Below, piece by piece: positions 38,321-53,345 of a stretch of DNA of 64,000 nucleotides. Origin of the DNA: the human T2T-CHM13v2.0 reference genome, Homo sapiens; assembly GCF_009914755.1 (NCBI RefSeq), contig NC_060930.1. The stretch is one strand, 5' to 3'. Numbering within the stretch: position 1 is the first letter of the stretch; every line of letters starts with the position of its first letter. The notes below the pieces were generated by a model. It made no database searches and was not told where the DNA came from. It was given only the letters and a program-made list of their open reading frames with translations. The position numbers and the translations under genes are program-made.

Positions 38321-39808
38321 TGTCACAGGATCCTTGGGGTGTTTCTTCACCAGCTGGAAACCTCTGTGGCCAGTGGCACCTTTGCCTGAGTTTTGCTGAG
38401 GTCCACTGGGCACATTCCGCCCACTCAGCCTGGCAGGCTACACTTGGCTCACACTACCACTACTGGGCTGGATCCCACACCAGGGTGCCAAGGGTGATTC
38501 AGGGCAGAGTGGCGAGGGGTGTGTGAGTGAGCGTGGGCTCCAGCCACTGTGCACAGCTAAGCGTGCCAGCTGCAGTGGGCTGGGCAGCTCCAGGTCCTGG
38601 CTCTATGTGAGGCTGTGGCTGAACCAGACATACTACAATTGGCTTCCACCACTGGTACCAGGGAATGCGGTGGCACCCAGGAGCTTGGAGATGCCAGGAA
38701 CCACAGAGTCTGAAAGAGGGTCTCACAGCCCTGGCTCAGGGAGTCCATAGGTCTCAGCTCCCCAAAAGGCCACAGCCCTTCTCTCCTGCTCATTGCTGTC
38801 AACATGGTGAGCTGGGGAAGGGGGTGTGTTTCAGCCCTGTTTGTGTTGTAGCTCTCTCATTTCCACCATTTGCGGGGGGGTCCCAAGTTCTTGTCCCACA
38901 TCCTGGAAGAATGAGGTTTGCAGACAACTGGAGGGTTAGCAAGGTGAAGAGGTGCTTTACTGAGTGACAGTGCAACTCTCAGGAGGCCTGAAATGGGTAG
39001 CTCCGTTCCACAGGCAGGTAATTCCAGCATCTGTGCAGCACCCTCAACAGAGGTGAGACACACAGTGGGTAGCTCCTATCCACAGGTAGATCATCCTGTT
39101 GTCTGCCCACGTCTGGCTGAGTCCGAGGTTTTTTATGGGCTTCAGAGGGGAGGAAGTGTATGCTGATTGGTCCATGGGTGGCCATGAGCTGGCCCAAAAA
39201 AAGCACCGTAAGTTCTCACTCCAGTTTGTGGAACCGACAGTCCAGCCCCCTTCCTTCAGGCAGTCCCTGGCTTGAAGGTGGAGCTTCACTGAGGGCCCAC
39301 CCCTTTCCACCCAGGAACCTGTATGCCTCCTGCCACCACCAACCTGCCATCCACGGCGCCCACTGACACCCAGGCTGTTCATGCCTAGGGTCACCTTCAG
39401 GCCCATGCAGAGCCACCCTCAACTCCCCCTTGGCCTCCCTAATGTGCTCCTTGGCACCCAAAATCCAGAAGGGGCCAAGATAGTAGGGGGCTAGAGTGTC
39501 AGTGCTGCCCCGAGCATAGGCACACCTGGCTGGGTTGCAACAGCCTCAGCTTTGCTCTGAAATCAGCTTGGGTGCCGGGAACAGTGAGAGACCAGGAAGA
39601 AGGAGCGGGCACTTCTGAGCCTGTAGGGGAAGAGAGGTGGCTGAGGGCACAGGGATGCCTGGGTCCACAGCTGGCTGGGTGGCTGCAGCTGCACCCAGTA
39701 GGGCAGGGTTCCCCCACCTTCAACTCGGAAGGGGACATGGCTCCCACTTGTTCCTGGCTCCCACCAGCTCTGTGGAGCACAAAGCCAGACAGGCTGACAC
39801 TGCCATTA
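38321..39808 (-). mobile_element. MER52-family (ERV1) long solo LTR, 1488 bp, GC-rich
   Basis: Ends TGTCACAGGATCCTTGGGGTGT... and ...CCAGACAGGCTGACACTGCCATTA match recalled MER52 termini; perfect 4-bp TSD CTGA (38317-38320, 39809-39812). Confidence 0.85.
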
Positions 39809-40566
39809 CTGAGACCCTCTTGCTCTCAGAAGAGTTTTCATCGCCTGCTCCCTCTGTTTTCACTGCTTGGTGACTGTGGTGTTTTGTTTTGTTCCTATTT
39901 CCTTTTCTCAGAAAAGAAAGTCTTTAGAATTAAAATTTAAGCTGACAATAGATCCCCTCTCCCCAGGGAGCAGAAATATGGATATCCCTAAAGGTCTTGA
40001 GTGTTTCGGTCTTTCACTATTTTATACTCAATATTCCATGATTTTTATCTAGATATGCCTGGTGGACAACAGGTGATCGCCAAATATAGGTTGTCCCTCC
40101 CATCTCCAAATTCTGATGCTAGAAATCAGGAATGGCTATGATAGTCCAGATTTTCAGAATTGATAAGATATTTATATTACCCTAAGAGATACGGAAGTTG
40201 AACAGAATAAAAAAATTCAAAATAAAAGTAAATAAAATTACTTTCTTTCCCTGTTTAGTTTGAGATCATGTGTAAATATCAGTGAACGTGATGTCATATA
40301 GGATTTTTTTTTATTGATCAGAATTAGGTTCAAGTTGTGTTCTGGAAACTTCTAATTAAATTGAGGGAAGATGCTAGCAGGCCAGAATTTGGGAATTAGA
40401 TGATCTGGCTCCAAATTCAATACATATTGTCTATGTAATTAGCGGTGTCACCTAATGTACCAATAATGCCTTTTCAAGAAACACTGTGCAGTCTGTTCTG
40501 ATTCCTCCATTGGCTTAATTCCTATAATAAATATAGTTTCCAAAGTTTATAACTTAATTTTCAGAA

Positions 40567-40742
40567 TTTATTTATTTTAATTGACAGATAAAAGTGGTAT
40601 ATATTTATCATGTACAACATGATGCTTTGAAATAAGTATACATTGTGGAATGGCTAAATCGAGGTATTTAAAAATATGCACTACCTCACATACTGGTCAT
40701 TTTTCTGTGTTGAGAACACTTAAAATCTACTCTCTTAGCAAA
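40567..40742 (-). mobile_element. L1MA 3' end fragment
   Basis: TTTAATTGACAGATAAAA...ATACATTGTGGAATGGCTAAATCGAG...CTTAAAATCTACTCTCTTAGCAA. Confidence 0.8.
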
Positions 40743-43700
40743 GCCATGCTGGCTTTAGTGATTTTTTTTTTTGTACATGATACTCTCATTTGGGTCAATA
40801 ATTTTTTTAAAAGTCTATTGGAAGCAGAGAAATAAATTTTTTGACCCAGCCTTAGATGTATTTAAAAGTTCAGGGCATAAAATGATAGATGTCTCAGGGT
40901 TTGTGTCATCAGTCGGAAACACAGAACTCTTTTGAACAATGCCACAATGCAATCTAAGTTTGATCTAATTTTCTTCAAGACAATAATGCTCTTGGTGCCA
41001 TCCTACCTGCTCTTTATGATTTCTACCCGTAGGTAGAATAATCAAGAGGTGAGATTGATGTTGTTTTTGATTCTGGACATTAACTAGAGGGAAAATTCGA
41101 AGCCCTGTAAGAATGGTATCTAACTTAATAGACACCTCTCCATTACCTTTACTCAAAACTAAGACTCTTTGTGGTATGGGCCCACCCCACCTCTAGTAGC
41201 CAGCTGCTAGTCCAGTGTCTGTCTCACTGAAGCAGTCTAGTGGTACACATAGGTACTGAGCAATTATGTCTGTCATGCTGTAATTGAGGAAAACCATCCT
41301 TACTTCATTTTATATTTTTGAATGCTCCCTTGATTGTCCTTCTTGGTGTTCCCATAAAGCTAAAAATTCACACTCACGAATTTTAAATTATCATGAGCAA
41401 TTTGGGGGATTTCCTATTTTATCACTGAGTCTCCTTTGAGTGCTCAGCTGCTTTCAATCTTGACAGATACTCATCTGACCCATCTACCACCCTTAGGGTA
41501 TGCTATGCGATGCCAGGGACCTACAGCCTTTTAAGAGATTTTTGACCAAAGCCGTCTCTTTGGGGTGTTTCTTGACTCATTTTTTACTCATTATTTAATT
41601 TTAATAACCTATAGTACTTAAAAATGTACAGTACTATATAAAGCACCTTAAAAATTGATGCATGGTGATTTTCTTATTTTAAAATTGTGTATGATTTTTT
41701 AAATTATTATAAAAGCAGCTTATGTCTATTATAGAAAATAGGAAATACAGAAAAGCAAGAAGAAGAAAATATAAAATGTGCATACGAGTAATTACTTTTG
41801 TAATATCATTGTATATCTACTCATATCTTTTCCTATGCAAATAGTTTTTCTACAAATGGGTGATATTTATATAACTGTTTCATAACTTACTATGGGAATT
41901 AACATCACATACGTATTTTAAAAAATATTCTCAAAAATATATTTTTAAAATGTATATTGAACTAGATTCTGAGAATTTACATCATTATTATAGTAAGAAC
42001 ATTATCCTTGATTTTGATTCATAGTCTAACATACCAAACTCTAAATTTCTTCTGTTACTCACTTTACATAAACACATTGCAGCCAGTCACCAACCCTTAC
42101 ATATATCCCTGCACAGTTTGAGCAGTTTTCTTTATTGAAAATATTTTTAATTTAAAATCATTTAAGTTTTATATTATCTTGGCACATTAACCCCTGTGGA
42201 AATGTGTAAGACTTCTCTTCTAAAATAAATTATTTCATAAAGAGAGAGAGTAATAGAATAAGTCATAAACCATGCTGATGAATTTTTAGTTACTACTGTC
42301 TTTAAAAAGTAAACAAAAAAACAGAAAATAAATATTTTACATCTTTTACAGCCAACTCTTTCAATGAGTTCAAAAATTTCATCTCTAATAAAAAAGTAAT
42401 TTGGGGAACATTTAGGAAAAAAGCAAAATATATAAAGCAATGTAAACAATAACTTTTAAACTTGCTTGTTTAGAAAATCACTGGGGTACAGGTTAGTCAG
42501 CCTGATAAACTCTAACTTGCCTTCACACCTCCCTCCTCCAGCAGAGCCTCCTCTGACAGCCAAACATCTAGGCATTTCTGTGTTCCATTATGGTAATGAT
42601 TGTCTTTTTTTATAAGTGACTATATTTGTTTGTCTTTCCTCTTCCCTCCACTCCAGTTCCATTAGGGAAGGCATAGTCTTTCCATTTTGAATATTTGGTG
42701 CTTGAGATAAATAAAAAGTTTTGTTGGGTAAATAAATCAATTCACTTATCTATTAATCAATGGCAGTATGCTTTAGCAAGAGTAATTATGAATATCTAAT
42801 AAGTAGTAGGAAGAGGAAAACTAACATGTATTAAAATGCAATTACATGCCAAGTCATCTGTTGAATCCTAACAGACTTTATAATTTCATTTTTTCCTGCT
42901 ATAATGACGTTTTAAATTATCTCACATTTTCTTAAACAATTATTAACTAATAAAAACATACAGCAACTTACATAAAAATAGACTCTGTTTTGCATGATAT
43001 AGTTGAAATTTTTATATAACTTGTATATCCATATGTATGAATATATATATATGTACACAGACTCAGAAAGAGAATACCAAGAATTTATTGTTTAAAAAAA
43101 AAAACCTCTAAAAAGCAAGAAACAAAATATCTTGCAACTCAAAGAATCTCATTTATATTTCACATATGCTGTAGACACAGCTCAGGAACTCAGATGTGAT
43201 GCTTATGAATATGTATAAAGTATAATTAGCTTAGAAAATGCTGCTTCATCACCTGTCCTGATATTGTTGATGTGCTTCAATAACTTACCAAGCAATGCTG
43301 GAAAAGGTTCTCTCCAAATTCCAGTGAGTTGAAACGGTGCTTTTCACCCATAACATGTTAGTGTTTTCCATTCCCTTATCATGTGAAAAGCCTGTCCTTT
43401 AAACCCAGATTGCTGGCAGACTGCTTGTAACTGACAGTTGTATGCCATAAGCTCTTTACTTTAATATTTTAGAGAGCTTCTTGAAACATTGAGGCATGTC
43501 TTTTCCTCCAAATCTCTTGATTTTTAACCTCTCAATTCCACGGTGCTTGCATGAGGTGACTATTCTCTTTTCTCTGGCCTATACTATTACAATAACCAAT
43601 TGATGGCTCCTTTTTTCCCACACAGCTGCCCAATTCATCTTCTTGGACTACAGCTCTGATCACACTCTCCTACTCAGAAACTTTCAAGGCCTCCAAATTG

Positions 43701-44127
43701 CTCATTGCCCAGTTTCCTTACTCGCACATTCAAACCTTCCAGAAATTGACTCTGACCTGTCTAATAGCCTTACTTCTCCACATTGCCCTTGACGAACCCT
43801 ACAAACTTAGGGAGCTGAAATACTCGCTCTCACATCCACACATCAAAAGTCCCTGCCTGCCTCCCTGCCTTTCCTTATACTATTTCTACTATATCTTCTA
43901 CATTCCTGTATATACTACCTGTCTCCTTTCATCTGAGCAAGGAATGGTTGACTAAGGATCCAGGAAGAAATCACTGACTTCCTAAAAAGCAGGGAAAAAA
44001 AAATTGCCTGGAAGCAAAGAGCAGGTGATATTCAGAAATGCAAGAAGATAGAAAATTAGCAACACGGAGGTCTGTATCAGTACATAGCCTTCAGTCAGGG
44101 CTGTCATGTTTCTGGATGAAGGTGCAA

Positions 44128-46987
44128 GAGCCAGTGGAAAATCAATACATTGATAATCATCCAGCCAGACTAATCAGAAAAAAATCAGAAAAGTCACCAA
44201 CTACCAATATCAGGAATACAAGAGGTGAAATCACTACAACTTCTGCAGATAGTAAAGGATGTTAAGAGGATATTATGAACAATTTTATGGCAATAATTCA
44301 ACAATTTGGATAAAAAGGGCAAATTCTTTGAAAATCACAAACTACCAAAACTCACAGATAAATAATCTGAATAGTTCTATATTCATTAGAGAATTTAATT
44401 TGTAGTTCAAAACCTTCACACACACAAATTCAGTTCCAGATGACTTTACTTGTGAATTCCACCAAATATTTAATGAAGAAATAATAAACTCTTTCAGAAA
44501 ATTGAAGAGGAGAAAATACATCCAACCTCATTCTACGAGGCCAGTATTACTCTGATACCAATGGCAGACAAAGATAGTTTTTAAAAAAGAAAATTATATT
44601 ATATAACAATATCCCTCCATGAACATAGATGTAAAAGTTCATGGCAAAGTTATAACAAATCAAATCTAATGATTTACTCAAAGGATTATACATGATCACT
44701 AAATGATATTAATGCCAGGATGTAAGATTGGTTTAATATTTGAAATTAGTCAGTGTAATTTACCATATAGCAAACTAAAAAGCAAACTATATAATCACCT
44801 CAATTGATACAGCAAAGGCATTTGACAAAATGCGTCTATTTTTTTTTAAAAACTGCCTACTAAGAGTAGGGGAACTTCACTACCTGATCACTATAAAAAC
44901 CTATTTTTTAAAAAAACCTAACAGCTAAAATCATACTTAGCACAAGACTAAGATTAGGAAGAAGGCAAGGATATCTGCTTCCATTACTTCCATTTAACAT
45001 TGTACTAGAGAGACTAACCAGTACAAGGGGCAAGAAAAAGGAAATAAATGGCATCCAGATTGAAAAATAAGTACAAATGTTTTTATTCACAGATACTATA
45101 GAAGTCTAAGCATAAAATCCTGGTGGTTCATGCCTGTAACCCTAGTGCTTTAGGAGGCTGAGGCAGGTGGATTGCTTGAGGCCAAGAGTTTGAGACTAGC
45201 TGGGCAACATAGCAAGACCTCATCTCTACAACCAAAAAAAAAGTTTAAAAAGCATAAAATAAAATGCTATCTATTAAAAAAAAGTTACTAGAACTAATAA
45301 GTGAGCTTACCAATGTTATAAGGTACAACATCTATATGTGAAAATCAGTCATTTCAAAGACTGGCAAGGATACGTTGGAAGTTGAAATTAAAAGGTTACA
45401 GTTTACAATAGCATTAAAAATGTAAAAGACCCCCTACACTGAATACTCTGGAGATAAATAAAAGAAAATCTAAATAAATCAAGAGATATACCATGTTCAT
45501 AGATCAGAAGATTCAATATTCCTATAATCCTAGTTTATACATATTGACCTACACATTCAATGCAATCCCAGTAAAAATCCTAGCAAGGTTTTTTCCTAAA
45601 AATTTACAGATATGTTTTACAATTCATATGGAATTGGAAAGGAGAAAAATGTTGGAAAGGTTATACTACCTGACTTCAATACTTACTACCAAGCTATGGT
45701 AATCAGAGAATGTGGTGTTGGTATCAATATTGACAAATAGATTATTAGAATAGATTAAAGAGTCCAGATATAGATCCAGACATGTATGGTCAAATGATTT
45801 ATGACAAAAATACAAAAGCAATACAAGGTATATTTAACAAATTCTACTAGAGGAATTGAATATCCATGAACAACAACAAAAAAAATGAACTTCAGTCTGT
45901 ATCTTGCACCATATTCCAAAATTAACTCAAAAGAGATGCTAGACCTAACTGTAAAACATAAAAATATAAAACATCTAAAAATATATAAGAAAAATCTTTG
46001 TGATCTTGGGTAAAGCAAAGATTCTTAGATACACCACCAAAAGCATATCCTCAAAAGGAAAACAAAATTAACAACTTAAATTTCATCAAAATTGAGAACT
46101 TCTTCCCTTCAAAAAAAAAAAAGCACTTTTAAGAAAATGAAAAGATAACTACAAACTAGTAGAATATATTTCCAAATTACATATCTGATAAAGGACCCAT
46201 ATCCAGATTATTCATATGTATCATTCAAAACTCAAAAATAAGAGCAAATAACCCAAGAAAATTTGAACAAAAGATTTAAACAGGTCACCAAAGAAGGTGG
46301 AAAATAAGCATGTGAAAAGATGCTCAATGTTATTAGTCATAAGGAAAACACAAAGCAAAACCAAAATGATGACCAGTTAGAATGTCTAAAATTTTAAAAG
46401 ACAGGTTATACCAAGTATCAACAAAGATGTAGGCACATGCAGCTCTCATACACTGGTGATGGGAATATAAATAGTTCAGATACTTTAGAAAACAGGTTGA
46501 TAATTTCTTAAAAACGTAAACATAAATTACCATATGATCCAGCCATTCTGCTTCTGTGTATTTACTCCAAGATAAATGATGGCATATGTTCACCCAAAAA
46601 TTTGTACACAGATGTGTACATATCCCTATGATGAAATAATTACCAATAAAAAGGATCAAATATGGATACACACACAACATAGATAAATGTTGAAACTATG
46701 TTGAGTGAAAGAAGCCAGACAAAAAGAGAGTACATGCAGAATGTTTCCATTTGTATAAAATTCTATGAAATGCAAACCTACAGTGATGGAAAGCAGATCA
46801 GTATTTGTCTGGGGACAGAGGGAAGAGAAGGAAGGATAGAAGAAAGAGATTCAAAAGAAATGATGGATATATTCTCTACCATGGTTGTGGTAATGGTCTC
46901 ATGGGTGTACATATTCAAAACTTATCCAATTGTAAATTGGTTTGCATGGTTTATTTATGCCAGTTTTAACTCAATAAAAGTATTAAA
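44128..46987 (+). mobile_element. L1MC/L1MD-type element: decayed ORF2 and 3' UTR
   Basis: CTACCAATATCAGGAATACAAGAGGTGAAATCACTACA...CATTCTACGAGGCCAGTATTACTCTGATACC...GAAAGAAGCCAGACAAAAAGAGAGTACA...TCAATAAAAG. Confidence 0.88.
45121..45245 (+). mobile_element. Alu monomer (FLAM_C/AluJ left arm) nested in the L1
   Basis: Single arm plus A tail; TSD AAGCATAAAAT on both sides. Confidence 0.85.
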
Positions 46988-47099
46988 CAGTATTAGTCAT
47001 CTCTGGTCATAGTCCCTCCACAATTTCCACAACTTAGATTTTAGCCTCTTTCACTGTTGTTTGGGCCATCTTCCTCTTTTCTCTCTTACCAATTCCATT

Positions 47100-47542
47100 T
47101 ATTTTCTTTTTTAAATTCTTTTTACTTTTTTTTAATTTTTGAAACTTGTATTTTAGGTTCAAAGGTACATGTGCAGGTTTTTTATATAGGTAAACTCTTG
47201 TCATGGAGGTTTGTTGTATAGATTTCATCACGCAGGAACTAAGTCTACTACCCAATAGTTATTTTTCTCTGTTTCTCTCCCTCCTCCCACTAGCTACCCT
47301 CAAGTAGGCCTCGGTGTATGTTGTTCTCCCCTTTGTGTCCATATGTTCTCATCATTTAGCTCCCACTTATAAATGAGAACATGCTGTATTTGATTTTCTG
47401 TTCCTGCATTAGTTTGCTAAGAATAATGGCCTCCAACTCCATCCATGTTCCTGCAAAGGACATGATTGCATTCGTTTTATGACTGCATAGTATTCCATGG
47501 TGTATATGTACCACATTTTATTTATCCAGTCTGCCGCTGATG
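47100..47542 (-). mobile_element. L1PA13-16-like 3' UTR fragment
   Basis: TTTTAGGTTCAAAGGTACATGTGCAGG...CATTTAGCTCCCACTTATAAATGAGAACATG...GTATTCCATGGTGTATATGTACCACAT. Confidence 0.88.
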
Positions 47543-49029
47543 CTATTCCTTATTTTCTTATGCTCAGCAAATCAACCTTTTCTCTCCACTTTAATCCTGT
47601 GCCTCACTTTGCACACCTGAAGTTAGCTTTAAAATTATGACTTTTAAATGCTTGTCAGATTACATTCTTACAAAAAGGTATTCACACTCCAAGGCACTGG
47701 GGAAAGCTGTTTTCTTTTTTTGTCTAGTTTCATCTAGTACTATAAATGGCCTATATTATCTTGACAATTCAGGATTGTATTATCATCCTTGGTTATTTTA
47801 CCACAATAAGGTTGGCATCTACTGAGACCTACTTTACCTCTATACATTTTATCCCTTTCCAAATTGACTCAGACTCCTGAGCTTCAAAAATTCCTCTCTC
47901 CACTTTTTAGAGTTTTCTCTTCTCTTTGCTCATTGTCGGACAGATTGTCAGCTGTCACTTCTGCTGTTTTCATGTGTTTGTTTAGAGAATCTTCACACAT
48001 TCTTTCATTGTAATTTCCTGTCTCTAAATTGTTTTGATTCAGAAAACCTATAACCAAGGGAGTAAAAATGACGTGTAAATTTGGAACAAATATAGAATCT
48101 GAGTGGGTAACCTGAGGCTTACTTCGTGAGTTAAAGTACATTGCATCTGTGTCATTAATTTTGACACTCTTTTTTTTTTTTCCAAGATGAATGACACTTA
48201 TGTGATGTTACTGTATCTAATTCCCAAGAGAACTGTAGCAATGAGAATTCCTGTTTTTCCCAGCAGAAAACATCATCAGTTTTCTGGAGAATAATTTGCC
48301 AAGGTTGTCTTTTGCAAGAACTATGTTCAGTGTTCTTTTTTATTTATGTAGATGTTTCCAATATATCTTTTTGTAGATATGATAGCATTGTACAATCAAT
48401 CTGTTCTATGAGCAATCAATTATTTACCTGAAAGCTGTTAGAATAATACATTAAAATAAATTTGACCACAGCCATACCAAGTTCTGTAATCTTTTCTAGT
48501 TTAATGTTCAAATAATGTGACTGATAAAAATAATGTAACTAAGGCAGTCCAGATGCCTTTAACGAGTGTTATGTCTGTGATAATCTGAGTTCAGATTTAT
48601 ATCTTCAACAGTAAGTATTTAGCACTCTCCAACCCTTCTTGCACTTGCAATACTTTTCCAATTTAAAATTTACACATAAGATCCTGTTTGATTTATCTCT
48701 TGGTATATATGAATTATGTAATGATTGCTGAGGAGCAAACACTATTAAAATGGGTAACTAGACATTCAAGTTAAACATTCCTTTTCCCATATCATTCTAT
48801 TAACTTTGTGTCACCTTTTTTAATCTGAGTCTAAACAAATATATCTTTGCTTGGAGATAATTGTGGCTCAGAGATTGTCATTTAGAAGATTGTGTTTTGC
48901 CATACCGCTTTAAGATGCATTTTTTAAAAGAAGCAGTGTTCTTTCTCATTTCAGCACTTGGGAGATACAGGAAATGCTCCCCTCTCAGTCCACAACTAGA
49001 GTGAAATTTGCTTAAGGATAAAGTCAGGG

Positions 49030-49410
49030 GATGTGTTTAGTTCTTAATTTGCTTGACTTCTGTAGCACGTCATAATGCTGCTCAGTTATGTCCTTACAAC
49101 ACCGCCAGTTATCATGCATTGAGTCACTTCTGCATCTCTTAATTTCCATAGTGTTATGCTCTCCTAATTTCTCCTTTTCCTCTGTGGAATGCCAGTCACC
49201 TTGCCAGCTCCACTTTCTCTGCCTACTCCCTAAACATTGAAGTTCCTAAGAACTCTGTTCTAGATCTTCTTCTCATACCGTAATAAACAGTCTCCTAACT
49301 TTAACTACCGAATATGTGCTAATAATTTACAATTCTATATCTGCAGCCCAGAGCTCTTTCCTAAAGGCAAACTCTGTGTACCAACTGCCTTCTGGATCCC
49401 TCCACTCCAT
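49030..49410 (+). mobile_element. L2 fragment ending ~45 nt upstream of the exon 41 acceptor
   Basis: TTCTATATCTGCAGCCCAGAGCTCTTTCC...CCAACTGCCTTCTGGATCCCTCCACT resembles the L2 consensus. Confidence 0.55.
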
Positions 49411-49455
49411 TATTCTATGGTTTTAGATGTATGACATTTGTTTTTCTGTCCACAG

Positions 49456-49558
49456 GCAACAGGTCCTCGGGGTTTATTAAAGGAAGATGCCAAAGGCTGT
49501 CTTCAGAAAAGCTTCAGGATTCTTAACGAAGCCAAGAAGTTAGCAAATGATGTAAAAG
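49456..49558 (+). CDS. LAMA2: LAMA2 coding exon (probably exon 41), 103 nt, phase 0->1
   Basis: ccacag|GCA ACA GGT...GTA AAA G|gtcagt; ATGPRGLLKEDAKGCLQKSFRILNEAKKLANDVK. Confidence 0.97.
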
Positions 49559-49851
49559 GTCAGTGTGGCCATAGTTTTTATTATATTCCAGTTAATCGGG
49601 TTGTTACTGATAAGATATTCTATCACACTATTGGAGAATGTAATTTCTTTAGCATGATTTTTGTGATGATTCTATAATCTATTTAATGCAAGTAAACTTT
49701 CTCACTAGTTTTACAAAATGTTGTCTACCTATCTCACTTCAAGTAGGGTAATATCTCATAATTTGTAAGTCTTATTTCTATAGCATCACTTCACCTATAT
49801 CTAATGTATAGTAACTTTTAGTGTAATAAGTTTTTAAGAGTATCAAACCCA

Positions 49852-50154
49852 GGCCAGCCATAGTGGCTCACACCTGTGATTCTAGTGCTTAGGGAGGCCG
49901 AGGCAGGAGGATCCCTTGGTGCCAAGAATTTGAGACCAGCCGGGGAAACATAGCAAGATCCTGTCTCTACAAAACATTTTTTAAAAATTTAGTCAGGTGT
50001 AGCAGCGTGAGCACATAGGCATAGCTACTTGGAAGGCTGAGCCAGGAGGATCGCTTTAGCCCAGGGGCGTGAAGTTACCGTGAGTTGTGATCACACTACT
50101 GTACACCAGCCTGGGTAACAGAGTAAGATCCTGTCTCTAAAAAGAAAAACAAAA
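49852..50154 (+). mobile_element. AluJ (diverged)
   Basis: GGCCAGCCATAGTGGCTCACACCTGT...GGAGGATCGCTTTAGCCCAGG...CCTGTCTCTAAAAAG. Confidence 0.9.
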
Positions 50155-50171
50155 TTAAATACATTTTTCTT

Positions 50172-50449
<278 letters not shown>

Positions 50450-52386
50450 TAAATACATTTTTCTTGTATTTTATTTCTGATTCAGGAATCAAAATGCACA
50501 AAATATCTACTGCCATATTATGGGTTTTATGTTAAGAATATATCATTAAACATGGCTGCTCTCTATATGAGCCATTACAATTATTATTTTATGCACTTAT
50601 CTCTTGTCTCCCATTTGAATTGCCACCTGTTTCTCTCTTCAGTTTCATTCCCTACCATTTTCTGTCTCATATCTGTCTCCCTACCCTTACCTAAGTATTC
50701 ATAATTCCTCCCAAACATGCTACTATTCCAAGCCTTCATGTTTTCAGTATTATTTCTTCCCCTTGGAATGCCCCATCCTTCACCTCTCTTCTTTGCCTAA
50801 CTGCTTTCTTCCAGACCTTCAGGATTTAGTTCAAATGCCATCATTTCCAGGAAACCTAACACCTCATCTGATTTACATGCCCCCTCTCTGGTATAGTTTT
50901 CTCATAGGCTTGTCAAACCACCACAATCATGGACTAATTAATATTCCATCTTCTTTTACAATTTTTAAAACTTTTTTATTGATGCATAACAGATGTATAA
51001 ATTTTTGGCATTCCATCTTCTTGAGGAAAGACATGGGGTTTTGCTAACTGTGTATTTCTAGTATGCATAATAGTGACTAGCTCAAATGAGGAAATACTTA
51101 TTTTTTACAATAAATGGTGTTGGCTTATCTTACTTATCTTAGAAAGAGAAGAGGTTTTAAAATCATTTATATTTGGCATGTTTTGGTCTCAGTAGAAGCT
51201 GATATGAAATTACAAGTTCTATCTCGATTATAAGTAAAATTTTAATAGTACAATTCTTCAGGCTGTGTATTACAGGTGAAATAAAACTCCCTACACACAT
51301 AATTCTGCTCAGCAGGTACCTCTTATTACAATCTGAAGAATGACTGTAAGAAGCCAAAACCTGTGTTCCTATTGGACAAATGGACTCAATCCCGTGACTT
51401 TGCGGTCACTCCTTCCTATCTCATACCCTTGCCCAGGGCTGGGAATAGGGAGGAAGGGAGCGAGGTGATTCATGCAAGTGCAAGAACCAATCCTGTCTTT
51501 AAGATTTTAATAATACCAGGGCCGTGCCCTCGCCTCTATTTCCCCACAAACACTGGTATTATAAAAATGAAGAAAGAATTTTATTTTCAGCCATTTTTTT
51601 TCCAAGAGAAAAAGAAATCTAAAGACAAGCATTGTAGGAAGGGTTAGGAGACAGAAATGTTCATTAGTTTAAATTTATTTTTTTTGTAGTTCAGGTAGTA
51701 CATTATTTAAAGTAATGAAAACCCACAAACTACTCAAGTAATAATTCCTCTAGAAAACCAAGCCAAGGCTATGACGGAGATGGGAATGTTTTCTTGCTAC
51801 ATTATGACATTTCTCTGATTTGTGGCCAATTACGGAGGTTATAAAATGGCTGTTAATCAGGGAAATGCCATATATTACTACCAGGAACTGCTGAAATAGG
51901 CCCTACAGAGCAAAACTCTTGACAGCAGCTATTAAAATAGAGATTTAGTCATTTCTCTCTCTATGGTGCCTGGAGTTAGAAGGAATAAAAATGGTGAGGC
52001 CAGTATACCCTCCATATTTCTAATTTGTTGCTTGGTTCAATTCAGTACAGTTCAGTTAGTTTGTGAGCTTCAGTCATGAATGACTTAGTACTGCTCCCTG
52101 CCATTTTTATGCTGTCCTTGCCTTGAGGGAATCTGAACTTGCCGGGAGCAATTTGTTTTGCTTTTTAATTTTTGAATATACATCTGTTAAAAGTAAATTT
52201 GCCCTTGTGTGAGTTTGAGATTTGAAGCCTGTCTACATTGCACTGATCGAATGTTTGTGGAGATAAAAAGTATTTTGTTGATGGATATGAGGCTTGGTAC
52301 AAATTGATGACTGAAAGAGTGAAAAGATGAATTAGTACCACCAGGTGAATGAACACTGCTTTGCAGATAGACAAGAAATTTTTTAA

Positions 52387-52580
<194 letters not shown>

Positions 52581-52798
52581 AAATAATTTTTTTCAGTAAA
52601 ATGCCAACTTCATTTTCTCATGGAATGTGTACGAGGCAAGGAAGAAGTAGACCTTGGTTTATTAAAAGTTTGAGAATATTAAGATTTTAAAATTATACAT
52701 CTTACCTTATATTGACTAACTTTTCAGTTTTATTTCCTTCTTAATTTATCCCCAATTTTTGTCTTTGCCCAAGATAAATGAAATTATTTAATTACTTA

Positions 52799-53119
<321 letters not shown>

Positions 53120-53245
53120 CTAGGTAACATACCTATAAAATAGATAACACAGGAAATAAAAAGACCTATTCCCTGGAGATCTATGACAGCTCATTTTAAA
53201 GGAGGCGGTTTGTCTCATAGCACTGTAGCCTGTGGTATATAATTA

Positions 53246-53345
53246 CAGTTAACCCTTGACCAATGCAGGGGTTGGAGAGCATGGACCCCTGCACAGTTGA
53301 AAATCCATGTATAACATTAGACTCTTCATAAACTTCATAACTAAA
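53246..53345. mobile_element. Tigger2-family DNA transposon end
   Basis: TA|CAGTTAACCCTTGACCAATGCAGGGGTTGG...CAGTTGAAAATCCATGTATAAC. Confidence 0.7.

Noticed and set aside
38099-40052. Dense cluster of 60-120 aa ORFs on both strands
   Set aside because: Expected from the GC-rich MER52 LTR; no recognisable protein similarity.
46965-46990. Sense-strand L1 AATAAA as a premature LAMA2 polyadenylation site
   Set aside because: AATAAA is abundant in this AT-rich window and nothing in the sequence distinguishes this one; it needs 3'-end sequencing data.
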